From positions 1 to 58,066 of the IMG/VR virus record IMGVR_UViG_3300044734_000048: a DNA stretch of 58,066 nt, one strand, 5' to 3'. Below are positions 10,066-19,607 of the stretch, piece by piece. The notes beneath the pieces were generated by a model. That model saw nothing but the letters and a program-made list of their open reading frames with translations. It made no database searches and was not told where the DNA came from. The translations under genes were made by a program, and so were the position numbers. The DNA is from a virus. Its lineage: Duplodnaviria > Caudoviricetes. The stretch's first letter is position 1; every line of letters begins with the position of its first letter.

Positions 10066-10530
10066 TTATATTTGGTCGGGATTACTTGAGTCGCCTAGTG
10101 AGCCATCTGACAAAGTGTTAGTGCCGCGCACAAAACATTGCTCAATCGTTAATCCGGTCGTTCGTAAAAATTGGTCTATCAGCGTGAATGAGAGCGCGTC
10201 TTCTTTGAAGATTCCTAAATAGTCTTTGCTGTCGCGCGGACACGTAAGAATAAAGGGGAGATTTCCACTGCCCTTGCTATTACAAAAAAACTGCCAAATA
10301 TATTCTTCGCGTGACATTGGCTCGCTGCCCGGAAAGTTCAACAGGACATTTTTATGGAGTGCTGTGTACTTGAGTCTCCAGGTTCGCAAGCCATTGGGTG
10401 AGCCGATCACAGCCGTTTCGTGATAGCCACCTGCATAGCGCGCACTCAAAAGGCTCTCCGAGAAATCAATCTCGCAAACGACTTCAAAATTCCCTCGATA
10501 CAGAAGCTTCTTGTATGATTGGTCAGGCAT
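10066..10530 (-). CDS. Distal/minor tail protein
   Basis: Follows the tape measure; 'GGYHET..NGLRTWRL.Y...WQFF...PF' gpM-like; ATG 10530. Confidence 0.65.
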   Translation of the reverse strand: MPDQSYKKLLYRGNFEVVCEIDFSESLLSARYAGGYHETAVIGSPNGLRTWRLKYTALHKNVLLNFPGSEPMSREEYIWQFFCNSKGSGNLPFILTCPRDSKDYLGIFKEDALSFTLIDQFLRTTGLTIEQCFVRGTNTLSDGSLGDSSNPDQI

Positions 10531-10539
10531 TACTGTCGT

Positions 10540-10578
10540 AAAATAAAATATGCCCAAAGCTCTTTAGCTTTGGGCATA
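10540..10578 (-). terminator. Intrinsic terminator
   Basis: 12-bp stem TATGCCCAAAGC/GCTTTGGGCATA followed by TTTTATTT on the minus strand. Confidence 0.7.
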
Positions 10579-10601
10579 CAATGACGCCAACCGAATTGTT
10601 G

Positions 10602-10678
10602 CAGACCCAAGCTAGTTTTCACTGTAACTTGGGTCCTCTAGGAACCTCTCCGTTAAATTGTCGAGGCGGAGTATAGCA
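10602..10678 (-). promoter_or_regulatory. Extended -10 promoter (TGCTATACT) plus structured leader, copy A
   Basis: TGCTATACT at 10678-10670; leader homologous to 15347-15405. Confidence 0.55.
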
Positions 10679-10777
10679 TAAGATTATTTCTTTGAAGCTT
10701 TTTTTGTTGGTCTGCCAACTTTCGGCTTGCCCCTCTTTTATTTTGTGGTGTAGATTTACGGGCGACTTTGAAAGGAG

Positions 10778-11446
10778 TTGCTCGTGTCCTCTCCATGTTC
10801 CTACTGTGGAAACATAAATTCGCCAAGCGACACAGAATGCTTGAAGTGCGGTGCTCCATTAAGGCCCACCGCCCCCCTTGCGCCGATTCATGCTTCGCCA
10901 TCTTCTCAACCATCTCCAGCCTATCATTATAGATGTCCGTATTGTGGTTCTCCTTTCCCGCCACAGATCGTGCAAAAGATTTCTACCTTTGGCTGGATTG
11001 TTTTTATTATCGGATTATTCTTTTGCTTAATCGGCGCTTTCTTTTCGCTACTCTTCAAAGAAGAGGTGCGGATATGTCCTTCATGTAAAGGGCATATTGA
11101 TGAATTTCGTCCTGTCAAGCTACCGCGCATTGCATCAAATGGAATTTCACGGCACAAGTGGGATACTAAACATATCTACCTCTGGGCAGGAATTATAGCG
11201 GCTGTGATTATACTGGGCGCGTTCTTTGGCACTACAAGAAATTACGACGCGCCCAACTCTTCACCAAATACGCCAGCGATAGATAGCCCAACTGCCTCTC
11301 CAGTGCCGACATCAACGCCGCGAATAGCTAAACGTAAGCGAAAGCAGGATACAGGCCCGCAAATCATTCAGCGAGCTTCACCTAGTCCGATGGAACAAGG
11401 TAATAATGAATCAACGCCTCTGCCAAAAAACAAGGGGAATCCGTGA
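10778..11446 (+). CDS. Moron: zinc-ribbon plus LITAF-like membrane protein
   Basis: CSYC..CLKC, then CPYC-hydrophobic segment-CPSC (LITAF-like), a second TM and a Pro-rich tail; antisense to the tail operon; AAGGAG RBS. Confidence 0.7.
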   Translation: MLVSSPCSYCGNINSPSDTECLKCGAPLRPTAPLAPIHASPSSQPSPAYHYRCPYCGSPFPPQIVQKISTFGWIVFIIGLFFCLIGAFFSLLFKEEVRICPSCKGHIDEFRPVKLPRIASNGISRHKWDTKHIYLWAGIIAAVIILGAFFGTTRNYDAPNSSPNTPAIDSPTASPVPTSTPRIAKRKRKQDTGPQIIQRASPSPMEQGNNESTPLPKNKGNP

Positions 11447-11467
11447 TCTCTTCAAGCAGCGTAACCA

Positions 11468-14400
11468 CTAAGTCCGCCCCGTCGAACCTAAACTAATCGT
11501 ATCCTTAGTTACCTCGTGATAGGTTCTATAATTCTCTTGCATTGCATCGCCGACCGCAGGAGCATTCTGTCTGATTAGATCGCCCGGTGGATAACTTTCA
11601 ATCCCTGCCATCACCTTCGTATTATAGTTAATAGCCGCTGCCACTTGAGCATGTCCATCGGCAACGCGATTGTTTGAAGCTACAACTTCTTTAAGAACGT
11701 CCGATAGAACAGTCCCAGTGCGCGAGCCTGACGAAGCTGCCTGCGATGCGGAAGGAGTTTGCGAATCATAAGTAAACGGTTTGTATTGTGTGCCCCCGCC
11801 CCCGCCGACCACTCCGTTTACCGCGCCTTGCTGTTGCTGGTCTTGCTTAAACGCATCACCTGCGGCAAGGCGACCAATGGGTACAGCCGCCGCCGCGACT
11901 AACCCAAACATCAAAGCTGCCTGCCCGTGCGCTATCGCGGATTTTAAGAAGCTTGCGTTTCCAGTAAAGTAAAATAGGCCATACATGGCTGCGGCCTGAG
12001 CCGCCTCGAAGATAGCCTGAACAACCGCCATCTGTGCGACACTCGCTATCATTTCGGCAGCCCACTTTCTAAACGAGCCGCCTGTAGAGCCAAACAAAAT
12101 AAAAGCCTTCACTGCATTTCCGGCAGCTTGGCCGATAGCATTAAATGTGGATGAAATTATTTGCCCTGCACCGGCAATTATATTTGCGTTATCGGTGAAT
12201 TGACCAACTAAGGCTCCGAAGGGATTACCGTTCGCTCCTGCAAAGGTAACATCATCATTTCCTTTATCCTGTCGCTCTTTGCGCTGATCGGTGTATCCCG
12301 TCTCCTCCTGAGCTTTAAGGGCTTTATAATGACGGATGATTTCAAGTTGTTCCTCTTCACTAGCCTTTAATCGCTTGGCTTGGGCGATGGCCTTAGCTTG
12401 CTCTGCATCTAAGACGGCCTGATTATGTCTATGCTGCTCTTCAAGCTCAATAAGATCAAACTCTGTGATCTTAGCAATTGCCATCTTTCTTTGATTAAGA
12501 GATGAGTAAGGATTATTGAGTGCCCACTCGTAGAGTTGCCGCTCCTGCGCTCGCTGATTTTCGATGTAACGCTTCCCCAGCGCAAGAATGGTATTAACGT
12601 ATTCTTGTTGGCGTAGTATCTCGCGCGCCTCAGCTTCAGCGATCCTGCGCTCTCTTTCTTCACCCGCCGTTTTTTCAATCTCTTCGAGCCTCTTGATTTG
12701 AGCATTAAGAAGGATTACTTCTTTACTGTTTGCCCCTTCCTGTACATTGGCGGCATGGTTGATAATATCTTCACGTTGAGCTACCAAATCTGCCCACCGT
12801 CGTTGATAAGCTTTGCGTTCTATTTCCGCAATTTGCCGCTCGCCTGCTACTTCGGTTTCTTGCTCGATTTTAATTCGGCCCTGAATAGCATTGATGTTTC
12901 GAGTATCAAAGTCCTCTTGTAATTTAAGAATATCCTCTTGAAGTTTACGCCTTGAGTCGCGCAGAGTTTTAGCGGCATCATCGAAAGCTTTTTGAATAGC
13001 ACCCTGACTTTCATCGTCAAGGTTGGTTAATTCATCGCCAAACTTTTCACGCTCAGAGCCTTTCTTTGCAAGAGCCTGTTTTTGAAGTATTACCGCTCTA
13101 CGCTTGTCGTAGTAATCCTTGATTGCGGCGACAATCTCCTCCGTTTTGGTTTCAATTGTGATGCGTTGAAGCTCATACTCGCGGTTAATATCATCAGTCT
13201 CATTCTTATAGTCGCGCTGAATCTGTTTCGACTGTTCTTCAAATACGCGGATTTGATCTTGTCGTGCCTTGTCTGCGCCGCCGCCACCCTTACCGCCTTT
13301 TGGCAACGCAGGTGCATCCTCACCCGGACCCCGTTTCATCAGACGATCCATCTCAGGGTCGTGCGGGACTGTGCCGCCGATCATCTGAAGTCCGGCATCT
13401 CTCATTCCGGCCATCGCAACTTCAGCCCTACTCCCTCGACTCATGTACTGAGAAAACGTCTCACTCAACCATGTTGGAGAAGCGTTCTTGGTAGCGATTG
13501 CATTTCGCTGGAGATAGCCTGATAAACTTTCGCTGGCAAACAACCATGACATGCCCACGCCTATCGCCGCCTTCGCCAAGAGTCCAACAGCGGAAGCAAT
13601 AGCATCTATAGTTGAAACAATTCCTTCCTTATTATCCTTAGCCCAATCACGCAACTCATTCATGGCGGCGAGAATCTTGGGCATTTCCTGTTGCGCGATG
13701 TCACGTGCCAGCGCGCTAAACGTATTCTGTAAATCTACTAACTGTTCCTCGAATTTATGGCCCGATTCCGCAGCCTTGTCGGTCATCAGGATTCCGGCTT
13801 CACGAAGCTTCTCTTTATAGACATCAAGATTGCCCCCGGCTTCCTTCCACAGTTGGTTCGTTACTTTTAAGAACTCTGCACCCGACCTGCCCATTAAGGC
13901 TTGAGCATCGGCTGCTTTATTTCCACCTTTTGAATAATCGGAAAGCCTCTGAGCAATTTGCACCAACGCTTTTTCGTTGTTGCTGAGATCAATATTCCAA
14001 CTGCGAAGGAGTTTAGAGGCTACATCTGTCCCGGTATTGGCTTTAGATAAATTCTTATCAAGAATCACAAGCCCTTGTGCGAGTTTGTCAACGCTTGAGC
14101 CATTCTTTTCTGCGGCAATATCTAGCGCAGATAGAGTCTCAACACTTAGTTGAGTTTTCTGACTTAATGCATACAGTCGGTTCTCGGCCTCTGCTGTATG
14201 CTTAACCAACTCGAACAGACCTATCCCTATTGCGCCTATTGCTAAAGCTGCAAGCCCCGCCGGGCCAGCAAGAGAGGATAATGCGCCTTTGAGTCCGCCT
14301 GTTTCCTGTTCAGCAGCCCTAACTGCGTTTGTAGTAGTTTGAAGGGCTTGAGTCGCCCCTAACGCAGTTTTCTCAGCACTCGCAATGCTCTTTTGGGATT

Positions 14401-14632
14401 CAGCTATCAGAACATCCGTTGCGCTTTTAAGCTCTGCTTTGTATGTGGTACTCGTGCCCTTTAGCGACTCAAACATCTTCGCATGCTCTGCTTTAAGAGC
14501 GGCGGCAGTCGCTTTGCTGTCGAGAAGAATTTTGTCAAGGTCTGCGCCCATAGCTGCGCGCAGTTCTGTACTCTTAATACGGGCGTCCGTATTGTCACCG
14601 AGAAATTTTAATAAAACATCAAGGTTAGCCAT
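11468..14632 (-). CDS. Tail tape measure protein
   Basis: 1054 aa, helical/coiled-coil, 'LSQKTQLSVETLSAL..AA', 'ALMGRSGAEFL'; follows the chaperone genes. Confidence 0.92.
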   Translation of the reverse strand: MANLDVLLKFLGDNTDARIKSTELRAAMGADLDKILLDSKATAAALKAEHAKMFESLKGTSTTYKAELKSATDVLIAESQKSIASAEKTALGATQALQTTTNAVRAAEQETGGLKGALSSLAGPAGLAALAIGAIGIGLFELVKHTAEAENRLYALSQKTQLSVETLSALDIAAEKNGSSVDKLAQGLVILDKNLSKANTGTDVASKLLRSWNIDLSNNEKALVQIAQRLSDYSKGGNKAADAQALMGRSGAEFLKVTNQLWKEAGGNLDVYKEKLREAGILMTDKAAESGHKFEEQLVDLQNTFSALARDIAQQEMPKILAAMNELRDWAKDNKEGIVSTIDAIASAVGLLAKAAIGVGMSWLFASESLSGYLQRNAIATKNASPTWLSETFSQYMSRGSRAEVAMAGMRDAGLQMIGGTVPHDPEMDRLMKRGPGEDAPALPKGGKGGGGADKARQDQIRVFEEQSKQIQRDYKNETDDINREYELQRITIETKTEEIVAAIKDYYDKRRAVILQKQALAKKGSEREKFGDELTNLDDESQGAIQKAFDDAAKTLRDSRRKLQEDILKLQEDFDTRNINAIQGRIKIEQETEVAGERQIAEIERKAYQRRWADLVAQREDIINHAANVQEGANSKEVILLNAQIKRLEEIEKTAGEERERRIAEAEAREILRQQEYVNTILALGKRYIENQRAQERQLYEWALNNPYSSLNQRKMAIAKITEFDLIELEEQHRHNQAVLDAEQAKAIAQAKRLKASEEEQLEIIRHYKALKAQEETGYTDQRKERQDKGNDDVTFAGANGNPFGALVGQFTDNANIIAGAGQIISSTFNAIGQAAGNAVKAFILFGSTGGSFRKWAAEMIASVAQMAVVQAIFEAAQAAAMYGLFYFTGNASFLKSAIAHGQAALMFGLVAAAAVPIGRLAAGDAFKQDQQQQGAVNGVVGGGGGTQYKPFTYDSQTPSASQAASSGSRTGTVLSDVLKEVVASNNRVADGHAQVAAAINYNTKVMAGIESYPPGDLIRQNAPAVGDAMQENYRTYHEVTKDTISLGSTGRT

Positions 14633-14648
14633 GAATCTTTACACTTGA

Positions 14649-14849
14649 CTACTCTTCACCCTCGGCAGCAAACATAGATTTAATCACAAGGGAGATGTGC
14701 GGCGGCTCCGTGAGCTTCAAAGCTACATGAGCAGCCATGTCCAGATTTAGAGCGTCTATCTCATCCTCCATCTGTAGAATCTGGGACGGTCTCTGACCGA
14801 ACCTCTCCGCCGTCTGTGCTATGAGCAGAAACTGTTTCGTCGTTACGAA
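14649..14849 (-). CDS. Frameshift extension of tail assembly chaperone (gpGT-like)
   Basis: +1 frame from TTT-CGT reads FVTTKQFLLIAQTAERFGQRPSQILQMEDEIDALNLD...EE*. Confidence 0.7.
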   Translation of the reverse strand, partial: FVTTKQFLLIAQTAERFGQRPSQILQMEDEIDALNLDMAAHVALKLTEPPHISLVIKSMFAAEGEE

Positions 14850-15312
14850 AGCTTTCCATCTGCTCTGTACTCACCCCCTTTTCGCCTATCCGCATCTCTC
14901 CTTTATTCGCAAGACCCCATTGATAAAGTTCTAACAAATCGTCTCCTGGAATGTCGTGAATTGTAACTTCACCTTCACGAAGAGGTGTATCATCTCCCTC
15001 TTCACGAAAGACCACGCGCGGAGATGTCAGGATGTCGGCAACAAGGGCGTAGATCATCTTAACGAGTCCTACAGCAGCCTCGCCTTCGCTGTCATTATCG
15101 CCTGCGAGGGCTTGTAACTTTTCCGCATCCGAGCCGTTTTGAACGCTTGCCACTTTTGCGACGAGTGAAAGCGGTAAACGGTTGGCATTGATAAGGACGC
15201 CAAGTCCAGGCTTTTTAACTTCGACCTGAGCGCCTGATTTTAATGTTAGGGGGATGTGCGTGCGTGCGCGCCATTGCTCTACTGTTCGACTAGCTATTGC
15301 TGACTCTCCCAT
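14761..15312 (-). CDS. Tail assembly chaperone (gpG-like)
   Basis: Between tail tube and tape measure; ends with ...ESFR plus an acidic tail. Confidence 0.8.
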   Translation of the reverse strand: MGESAIASRTVEQWRARTHIPLTLKSGAQVEVKKPGLGVLINANRLPLSLVAKVASVQNGSDAEKLQALAGDNDSEGEAAVGLVKMIYALVADILTSPRVVFREEGDDTPLREGEVTIHDIPGDDLLELYQWGLANKGEMRIGEKGVSTEQMESFRNDETVSAHSTDGGEVRSETVPDSTDGG

Positions 15313-15346
15313 AACAATCTCTCTTTCTCTCTAAGATTAAATACAA

Positions 15347-15405
15347 CAGACCCGCAAGAATTCACTCTCACGGGTCTTCTAATGAGACCTCTCAGTTGAA
15401 TTGTC
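15347..15405 (-). promoter_or_regulatory. Structured element, copy B
   Basis: Shares CAGACCC..GGGTC stem, TTCACT, ACCTCTC and AATTGTC with 10602-10662. Confidence 0.5.
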
Positions 15406-15429
15406 TCTACCCAAAACATTTTAGGTAGC

Positions 15430-15654
15430 CTACTTCTTTTTCTTCCTTCTCTTCACTTCAGCAATCATGGTCTCTAAAGCTTGAAGTGGGATAATGTGCC
15501 GATCCTTCTCCTTGCCATGCTCTTTTGTGGTCGAGAGGCCGTCTTCATTTAACCAGGCATGAGGCTTACCGCACTTATCGCCGAGAAAGATAATGTCGGT
15601 ATCCGTTACTTGGATTACAGTCCCGAAGCAGTCATGTATCGCTACAACACTCAT
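15430..15654 (-). CDS. Hypothetical protein
   Basis: ATGA overlap with the upstream gene. Confidence 0.55.
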   Translation of the reverse strand: MSVVAIHDCFGTVIQVTDTDIIFLGDKCGKPHAWLNEDGLSTTKEHGKEKDRHIIPLQALETMIAEVKRRKKKK

Positions 15655-16250
15655 GGAGCAACGGGTGTAATAATGCCAGCATAATATGTCTTGCCGTCTG
15701 TCCTGCCCGCATCCTCGCCGACAAAATCAACTGGCATTTTGTGCCAAGCCTTTGAGAGCTTCAAAGCCAGCGCGGCCATGTTCGAGCAAGCGTAAACCGT
15801 CAACTGGTGAAACTTCGTTTTATCGGCTGCCGTCGGCGCGATGGCTGTTATGGAATGGAGCGTGATGGACTGGTCAACCTGGTCTGAAATGCCGGTAGCA
15901 TAAGAATCCGTTTGCACAGACGCGCCTGGAACCAGCTTTGCCAGCGTAGCGAAGTCGTTGACCTGCAAATAGCCGAGCTTCAGATGAGGCTCTTGCTTAT
16001 TGAGAATAGGCAGCACTTCGTGATTACGCTGATCCACTTCTAGCCCCCCGCGCGTTTGATTTAACGTAATCTCTGCACCGTCCTGCGTGAATCCAAGCTC
16101 AACCCCATTGGCGTGATCCGCTGAAACGATAGTGCCGTCAACAGCCAAGTTTTTAACCGTACCATCTGCGTTGAAAGTCAGGTCGAGGAACACGCGAACA
16201 GGAAAGCCGCGCATGATTTTTGTCAGGTCTTGATTACTAATAACTGCCAT
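15651..16250 (-). CDS. Major tail (tube) protein
   Basis: 'ELGFTQDGAEIT...LEVDQ' siphovirus tube motif; context. Confidence 0.8.
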   Translation of the reverse strand: MAVISNQDLTKIMRGFPVRVFLDLTFNADGTVKNLAVDGTIVSADHANGVELGFTQDGAEITLNQTRGGLEVDQRNHEVLPILNKQEPHLKLGYLQVNDFATLAKLVPGASVQTDSYATGISDQVDQSITLHSITAIAPTAADKTKFHQLTVYACSNMAALALKLSKAWHKMPVDFVGEDAGRTDGKTYYAGIITPVAP

Positions 16251-16288
16251 CGGTTTGACTCCTTAAACTGGGATTGATCCTGGATGCG

Positions 16289-16555
16289 CTACTTTGTGAT
16301 AATCTCGGGACGATGATTCGCTTCGCGCAAGCGCGTCACGTCATACTGTTTCGCAGCCGCCTCGAAGTAAGTCTTCTCATCAACTTCCTGACCATTCACG
16401 ACAAGCTTCAAGGTGTCGGGCTGTACCTTTGGCGACTGTGGAGAAGCTTGAATTGCGGCAGCACTTCCACTGCCGGTTTGTTGTGCCGAGTTTCCCGGCG
16501 GAGTTTGACTGCCCCCCGAACCTGATTTATTCATATCTGCTTCTGCCATCTTCAT
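16289..16555 (-). CDS. Hypothetical protein
   Basis: GGAGG RBS; operon position. Confidence 0.55.
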   Translation of the reverse strand: MKMAEADMNKSGSGGSQTPPGNSAQQTGSGSAAAIQASPQSPKVQPDTLKLVVNGQEVDEKTYFEAAAKQYDVTRLREANHRPEIITK

Positions 16556-16562
16556 GCCTCCG

Positions 16563-17060
16563 TTAAAAACTAACGATTAAAGTTCCTGCTCCAACGATGT
16601 AGTGCTTGCCCCCATTATGAACATTATTGCCATTGACCCATTCGCTGATATTAAAGCTGAGCAGTCCCTTGATTTCATCGTCGAAGCCTTCAAGAAGCGC
16701 GCCGGGACTATCTTCAATAGTGCTCAATAGAATTGTGTCAACCGCATCCTGCCTGACTTCGTTCTCTTCTCTCACGCCGTCTTCCGTGTCAGCCGATGAG
16801 CCAATCTCGATAGCGAATTCAGCCGAAAATGTTTTAGGTTCTCCGACTGACTGGTCAAATATCTGCTCGATCTTCGACGTACGCCTGCGGTAGCATGTAA
16901 TAAAAGGCCAGTGCGGCTCTTTTGGCCTCGCCAGATTGAACTCTATGAATGGCGGCATCGCCTGGCCGCCGTTGGCCTCCTGCAAAGCCGACGCCATGTC
17001 CTCCTTTACAAGCTTCAGGACGTTCACAGGTAAGGTCCGGGTGATGCCGATTATCGCCAT
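16563..17060 (-). CDS. Putative tail terminator/completion protein
   Basis: Size and position before the tube gene; 'WPFITC' motif. Confidence 0.55.
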   Translation of the reverse strand: MAIIGITRTLPVNVLKLVKEDMASALQEANGGQAMPPFIEFNLARPKEPHWPFITCYRRRTSKIEQIFDQSVGEPKTFSAEFAIEIGSSADTEDGVREENEVRQDAVDTILLSTIEDSPGALLEGFDDEIKGLLSFNISEWVNGNNVHNGGKHYIVGAGTLIVSF

Positions 17061-17064
17061 ACTC

Positions 17065-17559
17065 TTAGACCACTCTCAAAGAAATGGAGCGCGCATACTC
17101 GGTGAGTTCCCCCACGGCAATCAAGCCCAACTCTTCGGATTTGAACTCATCAATTATCAAATCATCGTAGACGTGTCGCGCGGGCAGATTGCCCTCCCCT
17201 TTCTGGTGGTAACTAGCAATCTGACCACTTCGCCCTGCTACTCCGACCGTCAATTCGTTTTCAGTTACGAGATAAACGGAGTCGGGGGAATCCTTACCTG
17301 TTAAAGCTTCATCCATTGCGCCCGAGGCTTTTAGGATTGGCTGCTCACCGTATTTTTGAGCCTTGGTCTTTGCGTACTCTTCGGTCAGACCGGGAAAGCT
17401 TCCGCGCCCGCCAGAATCAAGCCAACCCTTCTCTTTAACGTACCAGGCTGTTGAGATGGCCGTGGCAAGAGAGCGCATGTCGCCCGCGTGCTGGGCAAGA
17501 CTTTCGACCGCAGCGTCAACCTCGACGAGTCCTTCTACTTTGATAGTCGTCCCTGTCAT
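17065..17559 (-). CDS. Virion morphogenesis protein (Mu gpG-like)
   Basis: 'ILKASGAM..AL...ASYHQKG..NLPARH' typical of the family. Confidence 0.75.
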   Translation of the reverse strand: MTGTTIKVEGLVEVDAAVESLAQHAGDMRSLATAISTAWYVKEKGWLDSGGRGSFPGLTEEYAKTKAQKYGEQPILKASGAMDEALTGKDSPDSVYLVTENELTVGVAGRSGQIASYHQKGEGNLPARHVYDDLIIDEFKSEELGLIAVGELTEYARSISLRVV

Positions 17560-17939
17560 TGATAGAGCTCGTTCTTATCGTAGCCCTGGAATATCCAGAC
17601 TTTAGGCTCGGTAATTGGGCGCGTGATCTTGTCAGGCTCGAGTTTGTAGACACGACCTTCGATCACGTAATCCGTGGCCGCATCATCGCTGTCAAAGAGC
17701 GCTTCAAGAGTAGAGTCAACATCGGCTATTTCGTGAACCGTATAAAACGCTCCGTCAGAGCCTTTGATTCGATTGGCGCGCCAACCCAGATCATATTCTT
17801 TAACGACCTCATAGGAGATAGCGCCTTGAGTATCCTTGCTCAAATATTTCAGCAGGATGAGCTTGCCCACTGGCCCTGCGTATCGGCGCGCCTTATCCAT
17901 CTGCCGTGCTACACTTGCCGTAATTCCTGCACCGTTCAT
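17556..17939 (-). CDS. Putative head-closure protein
   Basis: Position and size; ATGA overlaps. Confidence 0.5.
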   Translation of the reverse strand: MNGAGITASVARQMDKARRYAGPVGKLILLKYLSKDTQGAISYEVVKEYDLGWRANRIKGSDGAFYTVHEIADVDSTLEALFDSDDAATDYVIEGRVYKLEPDKITRPITEPKVWIFQGYDKNELYQ

Positions 17940-18388
17940 GCTGAAATGTCTGTCAAACTCCGATGGCCCACACTTGAATCTTCAAACTTATCCCTTGTGA
18001 AAGCTGGTCGTGTCCTATCCGCATCAATCTCAACGCCCTGCTTATCGCTTTGAGAAATCCCACCGGCGTAGGGCGCAAGACCTGAGAGAGAAGCACGCGC
18101 TAAAAGTTCTGCGGCGCGCTTTGACATCATGTCGAACTGCTCAGTGGCTTTAATGACTCCACCAAGCGATGCCTGTCGTCCTAACTCCGTAGCCGCCTCT
18201 TGTGCGCACCTCGCAGCCTGTCGGTAGATATTCGTGCCGTCTGAAACATTGCCTTCAAGTTCGGCATAAAAGAGAATCTCTTCGTTCGAGAGAATCCAGG
18301 CATTTGAATCAGTGTCACGAATAAGCGCGCGGATTTTGTCTTTCAAAGAGCCAAGCGCGGCATCGTATGTGTACGTTGGAGTAGTCAC
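17936..18388 (-). CDS. Head-tail connector/adaptor
   Basis: 'TYTYD...DKIRALIRDTD...LSNEEI' typical adaptor N-terminus; GTG 18388. Confidence 0.7.
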   Translation of the reverse strand: MTTPTYTYDAALGSLKDKIRALIRDTDSNAWILSNEEILFYAELEGNVSDGTNIYRQAARCAQEAATELGRQASLGGVIKATEQFDMMSKRAAELLARASLSGLAPYAGGISQSDKQGVEIDADRTRPAFTRDKFEDSSVGHRSLTDISA

Positions 18389-18831
18389 TAGACGGTCACG
18401 TATGAAATGTAAGCATTGCCCACTAGCCCTGCGGCTGCGCCGCTCGCTTTTGAGCCTGTAACCCACTTGCCGGAGGCGAGCCGTTGCTGCGCCTTGCCGT
18501 TGGCGTCCGCACCATCGTCCTTGCCAAACACACCGACTGCGGTTCGCACGTCCAAGCCGTCAATCAGGTTATCCGAGAGTGTGGCAGCGCTTGTTGGAGT
18601 CGTACCAACATCAAGCGTGCAGGCGGCATTCGCTACGGTTGTAATATCGAGGATGACACGCAACACAATGATTGCGCCCGACTCCGGGTTCTGCCATGAG
18701 AAAACACCTCCGCCCGTGTCTAAGGCCGCGAGAGCAACCTTAACCATTTTAGGCTGCGCATTGTTTCCGATTTTGATAGCGTTGGCGAGAAGAGTGCCGA
18801 CCTTGAAAGTTCCGCGTGTACCCTGATTCAT
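18388..18831 (-). CDS. Hypothetical structural protein
   Basis: Gly/Ala/Thr-rich beta protein after the capsid genes. Confidence 0.55.
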   Translation of the reverse strand: MNQGTRGTFKVGTLLANAIKIGNNAQPKMVKVALAALDTGGGVFSWQNPESGAIIVLRVILDITTVANAACTLDVGTTPTSAATLSDNLIDGLDVRTAVGVFGKDDGADANGKAQQRLASGKWVTGSKASGAAAGLVGNAYISYVTV

Positions 18832-18874
18832 ATCTCTCCTTCACATGCGCGTGAGCGCCCATCCGGTTTGAGCG

Positions 18875-19060
18875 TTAATCCTGTTTCGGTTTTCTGCCCC
18901 TGCGTTTCGGGGCATCCTGTGACTTGTTCTCAAGAGGCTTGAGGTAACGCTGCTCTTCGAGCTTCGCCGTGTTGCGCCATTTTGAGGCATCAACCTCTGT
19001 GCCTGCCTCAAGAGTCTCTCGACCCATTGGCAGCCGACGGGCTACGACGTGTGTGTTCAT
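18875..19060 (-). CDS. Small hypothetical head-associated protein
   Basis: Basic tail PKRRGRKPK; ATGA overlap. Confidence 0.55.
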   Translation of the reverse strand: MNTHVVARRLPMGRETLEAGTEVDASKWRNTAKLEEQRYLKPLENKSQDAPKRRGRKPKQD

Positions 19061-19527
19061 GCCTCTTCTCCGAGTGCCTCTTTGATCTTCGCGGCAGTCG
19101 CATCACCGATGCCGGGAATTTCAATCAACGTGCCTGCGCTAATACGCTTGCGAAGCTGCGCGTAAGTGGTAACGCCTTCCGCTTCTAATGCGGCGTGGCC
19201 GGGCAGGTCGTCAGGGAGCTTGCCTTGAGGCAGGGACGCGCCTGATTCTTCAGAGTCCACCTCAGCCTCTTCCGAAGGCTTTACCTCATCATCTCCCAGA
19301 CCCTTCGCTATTGCAGTTTCATCCTGGTCAGGAGCGCCCTTTGATTCCTCGTGGCGCGCATCTTCCGCCTTTGGCGTGCCGTCCCCGATATACTTCCCGT
19401 CGTCGCCCACAAAGACGCGGACGCTCTGTGGAAGCTGTGTCGGGTCAACAACGAAAAGGGGCTGTCCGACCGGACTCACAGAGATTCCATTGTTCGCACA
19501 AAAGGCTTGCACTTCTGCTTCAGTCAT
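19057..19527 (-). CDS. Helix-hairpin-helix domain protein
   Basis: 'LIEIPGIGDATAAKI' HhH motif. Confidence 0.7.
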   Translation of the reverse strand: MTEAEVQAFCANNGISVSPVGQPLFVVDPTQLPQSVRVFVGDDGKYIGDGTPKAEDARHEESKGAPDQDETAIAKGLGDDEVKPSEEAEVDSEESGASLPQGKLPDDLPGHAALEAEGVTTYAQLRKRISAGTLIEIPGIGDATAAKIKEALGEEA

Positions 19528-19607
19528 TGTCTTTCTCCTTGTTCAGATAATTCCTTCAGCCTTAAAAATCAGAGGCCATTCTTTCTAACCTACGTCTGTC
19601 CCTAAGA

